Shown piece by piece: positions 1-6,781 of a DNA stretch of 58,420 nt. The stretch lies in IMG/VR virus record IMGVR_UViG_3300012936_000015, positions 1-58,420 of that record, one strand, 5' to 3'. The DNA is from a virus (Duplodnaviria > Caudoviricetes). A program made the translations under genes and the position numbers. Within the stretch, counting starts at the first letter, position 1. Each line of letters opens with the position of its first letter. The notes under the pieces were generated by a model, which saw only the letters and a list, made by a program, of their open reading frames with translations, was not told where the DNA came from and did no database searches.

Positions 1-20
1 CACACCACACCACACCAACC
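1..20 (+). repeat. (CCACA)n microsatellite-like array, continuation of 58349-58420 across the circular junction
   Basis: cacaccacaccacaccaacc at the start continues the same CACAC/CCACA units seen at the window end. Confidence 0.9.
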
Positions 21-25
21 AAAGT

Positions 26-65
26 AGGACAGCGACAGCAGGACACCGACAGCAGGACACCGACA
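26..65 (+). repeat. 14-bp tandem repeat CGACAGCAGGACAC (2 full copies plus partials)
   Basis: Exact copies at 33-46 and 47-60; partial copies at 26-32 and 61-65. Confidence 0.9.
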
Positions 66-78
66 AAAACACAGATTT

Positions 79-101
79 TAAATGTATCTTTAAAGAGACA
101 C
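79..101. repeat. Quasi-palindrome TAAATGTATCTTTAAAGAGACAC (exact direct repeat of 58329-58351)
   Basis: 23-bp identity to 58329-58351; member of the dispersed palindrome family. Confidence 0.9.
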
Positions 102-286
102 TTTCAATTATTTGTGTTTCAGTTGGTTAAAACACGAATTTTAACAAAAAAGTTGAGCCGGTCTTCCTGATTGACAGACTGCGACTACCTCTGTTAGAGG
201 GGAAAACCTGCACACCAGAACGCCACGCCCTGCACGTAAGCGAGCTACGTCACGCAAGCCACTTGCGTAAGCCATAGGAAAATAAA

Positions 287-318
287 TTTGGTGGTTATAT
301 ATATATATATTATATTTG
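287..318 (+). promoter_or_regulatory. Bacteroidota sigma70-type promoter
   Basis: TTTG at 287 and TATATTTG at 311-318; same 24-nt offset as the promoters at 405 and 2263. Confidence 0.75.
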
Positions 319-324
319 CTTTGA

Positions 325-403
325 AGTATTCATAATGAGAAAAGGGCAAGACCAAGGACAAGGGGTTACGAGGTTGAGTCCTTTTCTTTTTTCTACCCCT
401 TTT
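325..403 (+). ncRNA. Putative small structured RNA
   Basis: No ORF between two promoters; AGAAAAGGGC/GTCCTTTTCT stem followed by a U-run; loop AAGGGGT is complementary to downstream ACCCCTT. Confidence 0.4.
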
Positions 404-404
404 A

Positions 405-436
405 TTTGGTAATGTCTAAATTTTGTCTTATATTTG
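405..436 (+). promoter_or_regulatory. Bacteroidota sigma70-type early promoter
   Basis: TTTGG at 405 and TATATTTG at 429-436; shares AAATTTTGTCTTATATTTGTTTA with the promoter at 2263. Confidence 0.85.
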
Positions 437-497
437 TTTATTATTAACCGAGTTCTACCTCTCATTTATAGAGGTTGCTCACTAAAATTTATAAACT

Positions 498-1658
498 ATG
501 TGTGTTATAATAGTCAAGCAAAGCAAAGACAAAAAAGTTTCGCGAGGAGTTCTTAAAACCTCAAGCAAAGTAAATCCTCACGGATTGGGGGTTGTGTGGT
601 TAGATACATTTGAAGTATCTTATCATAAATCAAAAGATTACAAAGTATTAGATGTTAACAGACCTTATATTGCTCACTTTCGTTATGCGACAGTAGGTAA
701 GGTCAATCGTGCAAATACACACCCTTTCGTGTGTGGTAATAATGCAGATGAGTTGCTTATGATGAATGGGAGTATCTATTCATTAGGCGACCAACAAACG
801 TGTGACACTAAAGTTCTTGCTAATCAATTAGGCGACAAGCCAAGACAAATGTGGAAACAAGAGTTATCAAAATACGATTGTAGATTTACCACAATCAATA
901 CCCGTACGCGTACCTTTCAAATATATAATAAGGAGTTATGGACAAGAAAGAATGGGGTTTGGTTCAGTAAGGACAATGTGTTATTGGACAACGTGGTTGC
1001 AGTATATGGTACACTAAAAAAAGGTTACTCAAACTATCATCATTATTTAAGAAGTTCAAAGTATGTAGGTGGTGGAGTAACACAAGACAAGTATCCTCTA
1101 TTGATTGAGGGATTGCCTTATATGGTAAATAAAAAGGGGGTAGGTCATAACGTAGAGGTGGATGTATTCAAAGTATCCAACACCAAACTTGCAGACTTAG
1201 ACACCTTAGAGGGACACCCTCGTTGGTACAAGAGGGAGATAATACCCATTAAGCTAAAGAGTGGTAAGGTTATTGATTGTTGGTTGTACTTTAATGACAA
1301 ACATATTGGTAAGCATACCCAAATGCACAAGACCTACACTCAGTCGTTCTTTGGTTACAACAGACCAACGTGGAGTAACAAGTGGAATAACTATGGATTA
1401 AGTAAAAGAAAAGCACAAGTGCCCTCGTACGAACCAAAAGAGTTCGATTGGTCTCAGTCCACGTTTGACTTTGACAATGATTTGAAGGTAGACACCTTTC
1501 GCGAGGACGAAATTTTACGCGAAGAGGATTTGTACGATAGAAAACCATTCTGTGTAAATTGTTATAGCGATTTAGACTTTGACGGATTTTCAAACTATCA
1601 TTGTTCCGGTTGCGATAGTTGGTTCACGGAGAACGAAGTGTTAACAGACAATATATAA
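498..1658 (+). CDS. Class II glutamine amidotransferase (Ntn) fused to gamma-glutamylcyclotransferase (AIG2-like) and a C-terminal Zn ribbon
   Basis: N-terminal MC nucleophile, NPHGLG, HFRYAT, NTHPF, NG and DT motifs; GGCT motifs VYGTLKKG and LDTLEGHP; terminal CxxC...CxxC. Confidence 0.88.
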   Translation: MCVIIVKQSKDKKVSRGVLKTSSKVNPHGLGVVWLDTFEVSYHKSKDYKVLDVNRPYIAHFRYATVGKVNRANTHPFVCGNNADELLMMNGSIYSLGDQQTCDTKVLANQLGDKPRQMWKQELSKYDCRFTTINTRTRTFQIYNKELWTRKNGVWFSKDNVLLDNVVAVYGTLKKGYSNYHHYLRSSKYVGGGVTQDKYPLLIEGLPYMVNKKGVGHNVEVDVFKVSNTKLADLDTLEGHPRWYKREIIPIKLKSGKVIDCWLYFNDKHIGKHTQMHKTYTQSFFGYNRPTWSNKWNNYGLSKRKAQVPSYEPKEFDWSQSTFDFDNDLKVDTFREDEILREEDLYDRKPFCVNCYSDLDFDGFSNYHCSGCDSWFTENEVLTDNI

Positions 1659-1667
1659 TATAAATGT

Positions 1668-1698
1668 GTGGGGGTTGTTTATTTAAAGACACCCCCAC
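1668..1698 (+). terminator. Hairpin containing a TTTAAAGACAC palindrome-family half-site
   Basis: GTGGGGGT...ACCCCCAC stem just after the stop codon; no clear U-tract. Confidence 0.5.
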
Positions 1699-1713
1699 TT
1701 AAAAAACAAAATT

Positions 1714-1893
1714 ATGAACAAAGCAGATAAATTAATAAAAGACATCTATCACAATATCAATGAGTTGTTGGAACAGAATCATATGGTACACGGAGACAAT
1801 AATGAGTGTGGGGGTAGAGTGTTGGGTATAAGGCAAGAATACAACAAGGTATTAGATAGGATAGAGGAGTATTGGGGATTAGAACAATTTTAA
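1714..1893 (+). CDS. Small hypothetical protein (59 aa)
   Basis: Hand-translated MNKADKLIKD...WGLEQF*; AAAATTATG leader; below the ORF-track cutoff. Confidence 0.7.
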   Translation: MNKADKLIKDIYHNINELLEQNHMVHGDNNECGGRVLGIRQEYNKVLDRIEEYWGLEQF

Positions 1894-1915
1894 CAATTAA
1901 ATAATAAATAAAATT

Positions 1916-2071
1916 ATGAGAACAATGGAAATCGAAAAATTTATAGAACAATATATTTTGCCCACAGAAACATCACACACAAGATATTTATACTCAACGG
2001 GCGAAATAGATTACGATACTGAGTATTTAATAGAGTGTGCAACAGAATTAGGAATCAAATTAGAAAAATAA
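1916..2071 (+). CDS. Small acidic hypothetical protein (51 aa)
   Basis: Hand-translated MRTMEIEKF...GIKLEK*; AAATTATG leader. Confidence 0.7.
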   Translation: MRTMEIEKFIEQYILPTETSHTRYLYSTGEIDYDTEYLIECATELGIKLEK

Positions 2072-2075
2072 AATT

Positions 2076-2252
2076 ATGGAAACAAGAAACGATTTAGATT
2101 ATGCAAATTCTCAACCAAATGAGAATGAATTAGAACTAACAGATTTAAAAGAAGAGTTAGAGTGGTGGAGAACTTATGGAGAATATGTAAATACAAATTA
2201 CTCAGGCGTATGTGCAGAGGCTTCTGCTTATGCAGACGGAGATGTAGATTAA
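2076..2252 (+). CDS. Small acidic hypothetical protein (58 aa)
   Basis: Hand-translated METRNDLDY...ADGDVD*; starts 4 nt after the previous stop. Confidence 0.7.
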   Translation: METRNDLDYANSQPNENELELTDLKEELEWWRTYGEYVNTNYSGVCAEASAYADGDVD

Positions 2253-2262
2253 CTAAATAGAA

Positions 2263-2294
2263 TTTGGAGTTGTTCAAATTTTGTCTTATATTTG
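2263..2294 (+). promoter_or_regulatory. Bacteroidota sigma70-type early promoter
   Basis: TTTGG at 2263 and TATATTTG at 2287-2294; near-duplicate of 405-436. Confidence 0.85.
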
Positions 2295-2318
2295 TTTAAT
2301 AAATTAAATTATAATAAT

Positions 2319-2561
2319 ATGAAACAGTTTAAAAAAGACTTAAAAAAAATTATCAAATCAATGTTTAACACCACGTACGAAAGATTAAAACTATTAGTCT
2401 TATTACTTATGACCATTGGTTCATTGGGTGTTGGAATATACATCATAGGAACAACAATAGGAAGTTGTGGTTGGAATATACTCTATTTCTTATTGGGTTG
2501 TGTAGGTGTGTGGTTCGGTATTGGTATGATAGATATGTTTAAAGATTCATTTAAAAACTAA
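2319..2561 (+). CDS. Small membrane protein with two predicted TM helices
   Basis: ATG at 2319 lies downstream of the promoter; two hydrophobic Gly-rich segments. Confidence 0.75.
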   Translation: MKQFKKDLKKIIKSMFNTTYERLKLLVLLLMTIGSLGVGIYIIGTTIGSCGWNILYFLLGCVGVWFGIGMIDMFKDSFKN

Positions 2562-2581
2562 CAAATTAAAATTTTAAAATT

Positions 2582-2971
2582 ATGGGAAGGTATTATTCAG
2601 GCGACATAGACGGAAAGTTTTGGTTCGCAGTTCAAAGTTCAGATTGTGCAGATAGATTTGGTTCAACGGGTTCGACACCAAACTATTTAGATTATTGGTT
2701 TGACGAAAGTCACTTAGATTGTATTAAGAAAGAATTAAGTGAGATAGAAAAAAACTTAGGAGAAAACTTAGAGTTGCTCGAAGAGTTTTTTAAAACCAAC
2801 AATGGTTACAACGAACAGATGATTAAAGATTTCTACAAAGAAAAAGGTAAAACGATAGGAGACGGAGACCTTAAGCATTTAATCGAAGAGTACGCAGACT
2901 ATGAGTTTGGTAAGAAAATCAGAGATTGTGTTAAGGAAACCGGAGAATGTAGTTTTACGGCAGAATTTTAG
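2582..2971 (+). CDS. Hypothetical phage protein (MGRYYSGDIDGKFWF...)
   Basis: 129-aa ORF with an AAAATTATG leader, followed by a terminator. Confidence 0.85.
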   Translation: MGRYYSGDIDGKFWFAVQSSDCADRFGSTGSTPNYLDYWFDESHLDCIKKELSEIEKNLGENLELLEEFFKTNNGYNEQMIKDFYKEKGKTIGDGDLKHLIEEYADYEFGKKIRDCVKETGECSFTAEF

Positions 2972-2972
2972 T

Positions 2973-2988
2973 GTGTCTTTAAAGACAC
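2973..2988. repeat. Perfect 16-bp palindrome GTGTCTTTAAAGACAC
   Basis: Read directly; member of the dispersed palindrome family. Confidence 0.9.
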
Positions 2989-2994
2989 GAAAAG

Positions 2995-3018
2995 AGGGGA
3001 CTTTTGTCCCCTTTTTTT
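2995..3018 (+). terminator. Rho-independent terminator
   Basis: AGGGGAC-TTTT-GTCCCCT followed by a T-run. Confidence 0.85.
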
Positions 3019-3097
3019 ATGCTCAAAAATAAATAAACACTCACTTGCTTTTAATCTAATTTTATACTATCTTTATACTAAAATTAAATCAAATAAA

Positions 3098-3424
3098 ATG
3101 CAAGATAGAATTAAATTAACAATAAGTAGATTAGAAAAATCTAAAAACCCCTCGGCTTTTTATATTGAAAAGTTGAAGGAATTACTTCAGAGTCCAACCA
3201 AAGAAAAGTGGGTAAACACCGGACAGTATCACAATGCAAAAATTTTCAAACGAAACTATCCAGAGTTTGACATACCTAAAGGAGTTAAGCAGGTAATGTT
3301 TTATGCAGGAGATTATATCGTGTGTTTACACAACGATACTTTCGTATGGAATGGTTGCGAGTTCAAAGACCTAAGTGATATTGAAAATTGTATTTGGAAT
3401 AAAGAAAGTAAAAACTATGAGTAA
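3098..3424 (+). CDS. Hypothetical protein
   Basis: 108-aa ORF downstream of a promoter-like TTGC...TATCTTTA; overlaps the next start. Confidence 0.8.
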   Translation: MQDRIKLTISRLEKSKNPSAFYIEKLKELLQSPTKEKWVNTGQYHNAKIFKRNYPEFDIPKGVKQVMFYAGDYIVCLHNDTFVWNGCEFKDLSDIENCIWNKESKNYE

Positions 3425-3692
3425 AGAAAAAATACAACAAGTAAGCAGAAAGGTTTATGAGATGTTAGCATCTAAGAATGATGCGTATGGAGATTCGGCA
3501 CTGAGTCCTATAAATATATTTAGTAAAGGAAACGCAAGTGAATCCTTGTGTGCAAGAATAGACGACAAATTAGCGAGAATAAAAAATCGTGGGTTGTCAG
3601 ATGAAACCGAAGATACACTCTTTGATTTATGTGGATACCTTATATTATTAATAATAGCAAAAGAAAACGAAAATGAAAAAAGAGATATTTAA
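3417..3692 (+). CDS. DUF1599 / nucleotide-modification-associated domain 1 (all-alpha NTP-pyrophosphatase-like)
   Basis: KNDAYGDS, RIDDKLARI and EDTLFDLCGYLIL motifs; start placed at ATG 3417. Confidence 0.75.
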   Translation: MSKEKIQQVSRKVYEMLASKNDAYGDSALSPINIFSKGNASESLCARIDDKLARIKNRGLSDETEDTLFDLCGYLILLIIAKENENEKRDI

Positions 3693-3972
3693 TCAGTATG
3701 TAAAAAACGTTGCTCAAGCTTTTGAAGTTCAGGCATCAGACATTTTTACTAAAACAAAAGAAAGAACAAAAGTTGACGCAAGACACCTTTTATACTACCT
3801 GTGTAAAAAAAGACCTATGCGAATAACATACATTCAAAAGTACATGGAGGACAGAGGATATAAAATAAATCACTCTTCTATTATACACGGCATTACACAA
3901 GTAGAAAATAGAATAGAACAAGACCAAGATTACTTAACACTTATAGACAGAATTGCTAATCAAGATGTATAG
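3673..3972 (+). CDS. Stand-alone DnaA C-terminal (domain IV)-like HTH protein
   Basis: VAQAFEV...DIFTKTKERTKVDARHLLYYL...HSSIIHG follows the Bac_DnaA_C pattern. Confidence 0.75.
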   Translation: MKKEIFNQYVKNVAQAFEVQASDIFTKTKERTKVDARHLLYYLCKKRPMRITYIQKYMEDRGYKINHSSIIHGITQVENRIEQDQDYLTLIDRIANQDV

Positions 3973-4372
3973 TATCGACCAAGTATTTCAACAAGCATTA
4001 ATAGACAGAGAAAGTGCATTACTTAATAGTAGCTTATACCAAGCAAGACTATTGCGTGGTATAAAAATAGTTAGGGACAATGAAACTTTAGAGATTGAGA
4101 TATTTAATACCACAATAGGTGGAGATTTTTATAAAGAAATAACTCCAGAACAATATAAACTTTTTTTAGATAATGGTTGGAAAGTTGGGGTTTATGTTAT
4201 ATCTTTGTCTAACTATCGTAGAAAACTTGTTAAGATTGAACAGAGTATTAAAGACGAGTTAAGCAATAGAAAAAACGCAAAGAGTATTAAAATGGCTAAG
4301 CAACGTAGACTAACCATTCTTAAAAACTTTAGCGAAGTGTCAAACAAATTAAAAGAATTACAAAATGAGTAA
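3965..4372 (+). CDS. Hypothetical protein
   Basis: ORF overlapping both neighbours in the operon; ATG at 3965. Confidence 0.8.
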   Translation: MYSIDQVFQQALIDRESALLNSSLYQARLLRGIKIVRDNETLEIEIFNTTIGGDFYKEITPEQYKLFLDNGWKVGVYVISLSNYRRKLVKIEQSIKDELSNRKNAKSIKMAKQRRLTILKNFSEVSNKLKELQNE

Positions 4373-4967
4373 ATCAAAAAATTATTACAAAGAACTATCA
4401 GAACTACCTATTAAAAGATTAGTAGAAAAAAAAGGTGGGTTAGATTATTTATCGTGGTCTAACGCATGGGATATGTTAAAGAAAGTATATCCTAACGCAC
4501 AAAGAAAAGTTTATGAATGTGAGTCTACCGGACTTAATTATTTTTCAGACGGAATCAGTGCTTACGTAAAGGTGGGTATAATAGTAAATGATATAGAGCA
4601 TATTGATTACCTGCCGGTTATGGACTTTAGAAACAAATCTATACCTATGGCTAAAATGACATCATTTGATGTTAGCAAAACTATTCAAAGAGCAACGGCA
4701 AAGGCTATTGCAATGCACGGGTTAGGTCTTTCACTTTGGACAGGAGAAGATGTTCCCTCTCAACCCAAACCAAGTTTAGAAAACAAACAAATTACTTTAG
4801 ATATTGGAAGTGATTCGTGGGGTAAAGCATTAAAATATGTTGTTGCAAATAAGCATTTGGGCATTGAAAAACTTGTAGCTATGTTATCTAAAAAATACAA
4901 AGTAACAAGTGTGGTAAAAAAAGAGATTGAGAAAACTATTAACATGAATACTTTACAACCTAAATAA
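4365..4967 (+). CDS. Sak3/DUF1071-type single-strand annealing protein (Rad52-like)
   Basis: KKGGLDYLSWSNAW, LPVMDFRNK and IQRATAKAIAMHGLGLSLWTGED motifs. Confidence 0.85.
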   Translation: MSKSKNYYKELSELPIKRLVEKKGGLDYLSWSNAWDMLKKVYPNAQRKVYECESTGLNYFSDGISAYVKVGIIVNDIEHIDYLPVMDFRNKSIPMAKMTSFDVSKTIQRATAKAIAMHGLGLSLWTGEDVPSQPKPSLENKQITLDIGSDSWGKALKYVVANKHLGIEKLVAMLSKKYKVTSVVKKEIEKTINMNTLQPK

Positions 4968-4969
4968 TT

Positions 4970-5089
4970 ATGGAAAATATATTAACAATAATTTTAGTGG
5001 GAGTTGCATTTGGTATGGGTGTCTTAGCCGGTATGTATATAGTAACTCAAATGTCTAAATGGATAACTAAACAAATAAAAAAGAAATAG
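4970..5089 (+). CDS. Small single-TM membrane peptide (39 aa)
   Basis: Hand-translated MENILTIILVGVAFGMGVLAGMYIVTQMSKWITKQIKKK*. Confidence 0.7.
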   Translation: MENILTIILVGVAFGMGVLAGMYIVTQMSKWITKQIKKK

Positions 5090-5091
5090 CT

Positions 5092-5214
5092 ATGTGTTGG
5101 AATACAGAACCTTATCAAGAGTTAGTAGATAAAAAAGAGTGCTTATATTGTGGGGAAGAATCTAACAATGATTTTTGTTCAAAGGGTTGCAGTAAAGCTT
5201 ACTTTAATGATTAA
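5092..5214 (+). CDS. Small Zn-binding protein (40 aa)
   Basis: Hand-translated; CLYC...FCSKGC treble-clef-like motif. Confidence 0.7.
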   Translation: MCWNTEPYQELVDKKECLYCGEESNNDFCSKGCSKAYFND

Positions 5215-5220
5215 TAATAA

Positions 5221-5306
5221 CAAAGGGGGGATAGTAATGAGTAACATAATTATGTCGTCTCCGTTACTCACCCATGAAGGGACTTTGTGTACTTTTCCCC
5301 TTTTTG
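5221..5306 (+). ncRNA. Putative multi-stem structured RNA / attenuator
   Basis: Outer stem CAAAGGGGG...CCCCTTTTTG; inner stem TGAGTAAC/GTTACTCA; small CCC-ATGAA-GGG hairpin. Confidence 0.45.
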
Positions 5307-5323
5307 TTTTAACTTAAAAAACT

Positions 5324-5524
5324 ATGATTAAAAAAATAAATATTAAAGACTTAGCCTATTTATTAGCAAGAAAAAAAGTAGAAAAAAAATTTAAGAAAAG
5401 TGGATACTCCCCATACAAACATTGCATTGAAGAGTATGTCGGTCAATCTTTTACTAAAGAAGCCCAGAAGATATTCGATAAAGAGTATGCAGATTATTTA
5501 GAAACAATCAATAAAGCAAATTAA
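5324..5524 (+). CDS. Hypothetical protein
   Basis: 66-aa ORF abutting the next gene. Confidence 0.7.
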   Translation: MIKKINIKDLAYLLARKKVEKKFKKSGYSPYKHCIEEYVGQSFTKEAQKIFDKEYADYLETINKAN

Positions 5525-5525
5525 A

Positions 5526-6254
5526 ATGTCAAACGAAATATTAGAACTGTTAAAAGATGATGAGCAGTATTACAGTGGGGTGGGTAAAGAATACTTATCT
5601 AATTCAGATATTGGAACACTATTAAAAAACCCAAGAGAATTTGGTGCTGATAGACCGGACAACATAAACTTTATGAAGGGTCGCTTGTTTCATCAATTAA
5701 TTTTAGAACCAAACAAGGTCAAGAATATAAATTGTATTGATGTTAGTTCTCGTAATACAAAAGCATACAAAGAATATAGTAACGGAAGTATTGTGTTATT
5801 ACAAAAAGAAGTAGACGAAATTATAAAGCTAACCAAAGTTATGTTGGGTAATGTAGATTTCTTTGATATGATAAGAGAAAAGAATAATCAATACGAAGTA
5901 CCTATGATAAAAGAAATAAAAGGGGTAATGTGGAAAGGTAAAGCAGATATTGTAAACGAGCATGTGCTTATAGATTTAAAAACTACAAGCGACATATCTA
6001 AATTTAAATGGTCGGCAAGAGATTATAATTATGATAGTCAAGCTTACATATACGAACAACTTTTTGGTAAACCTTTATTCTTTTTGGTGGTTGACAAACA
6101 AACTCAAGCTTTGGGAATGTTTGAACCAACTCCAGAGTTTTTAGAAAAAGGAGAAAGAAAAGTAGAACAAGCAATAAGTGTATACAATCAATTCTTCAGT
6201 AAAGACGCAGAAGAAGATATAGAAACTTATTACATTAACGAACAATTAAATTAA
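5526..6254 (+). CDS. PD-(D/E)XK exonuclease (RecE/ExoVIII-like, DUF3799-type)
   Basis: YLSNS, GRLFHQLILEP, KGKADIV, IDLKTT and YDSQAYIY motifs; adjacent to the SSAP. Confidence 0.85.
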   Translation: MSNEILELLKDDEQYYSGVGKEYLSNSDIGTLLKNPREFGADRPDNINFMKGRLFHQLILEPNKVKNINCIDVSSRNTKAYKEYSNGSIVLLQKEVDEIIKLTKVMLGNVDFFDMIREKNNQYEVPMIKEIKGVMWKGKADIVNEHVLIDLKTTSDISKFKWSARDYNYDSQAYIYEQLFGKPLFFLVVDKQTQALGMFEPTPEFLEKGERKVEQAISVYNQFFSKDAEEDIETYYINEQLN

Positions 6255-6276
6255 TTATTAACTAAATTTTATAAAC

Positions 6277-6540
6277 ATGTCAGAAAAAGAAAAAATTTTC
6301 GCAGATGGTTTCTCTTTTAAAACGAGAGAAAATCAACCCGACTTTGTAGTCGGTAGAATGTCAATCAAAGTAGAAGACGCTTTAGCGTTTTTGAAAGAAC
6401 GTTCAAGTAATGGTTGGGTAAACCTAAATATCAATAGAGCAAGAAGTGGTAATTATTATTGCGAACTTGATACATGGAAACCTACAAACAACACAACAAG
6501 TGCCCCCGTAGAGGAGGTTAAAGAAGATTTACCCTTCTAA
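6277..6540 (+). CDS. Small ssDNA-binding-like protein
   Basis: Beta-rich core with an SSB-type acidic tail EDLPF; recombination-module context. Confidence 0.65.
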   Translation: MSEKEKIFADGFSFKTRENQPDFVVGRMSIKVEDALAFLKERSSNGWVNLNINRARSGNYYCELDTWKPTNNTTSAPVEEVKEDLPF

Positions 6541-6556
6541 TTTTGATGTGTGAACT

Positions 6557-6617
6557 TGAGAAGGTCTGTCATATTCCTTCTCAGGGGGGAGGTATCCATA
6601 AGCCTCCCCCTTTTTTT
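6557..6617 (+). terminator. Tandem hairpins ending in a Rho-independent terminator
   Basis: TGAGAAGG/CCTTCTCA hairpin, then GGGGGAGG/CCTCCCCC plus T7. Confidence 0.85.
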
Positions 6618-6777
6618 GTGCCGAAATGTCAAAACACAATACTAATAATATATATTAATGAAAATTTATTTTATAATTTATTTTATTTTTTTTAAATTCA
6701 GTTTAAAATCGACATTATCGACACTAACATTGATAATCAGAGACTTACGTCAAACAAAACGACACTAAAAACGACAT
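6618..6777. other. Putative replication-origin module A
   Basis: ATGTCAAAA, ~80-bp AT-rich tract, four CGACA(C/T) repeats and an IHF-like AATCAGAGACTTA, directly upstream of the primase-helicase; same layout at 55572-55732. Confidence 0.65.
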
Positions 6778-6781
6778 AGCA

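Noticed and set aside
1-101. CRISPR array or mini-array suggested by the 23-bp palindromic direct repeats
   Set aside because: Only two adjacent copies, separated by at least 147 bp of low-complexity repeats rather than a 30-40-bp unique spacer; no cas genes.
2650-2685. tRNA-like GGTTCGAC...CCA
   Set aside because: Lies in frame within the 2582-2971 CDS and has no cloverleaf; no tRNA was recognised anywhere.
5221-5306. Known self-cleaving ribozyme
   Set aside because: No hammerhead CUGANGA/GAAA core and no convincing twister, pistol or HDV consensus by eye; kept only as an unknown structure.
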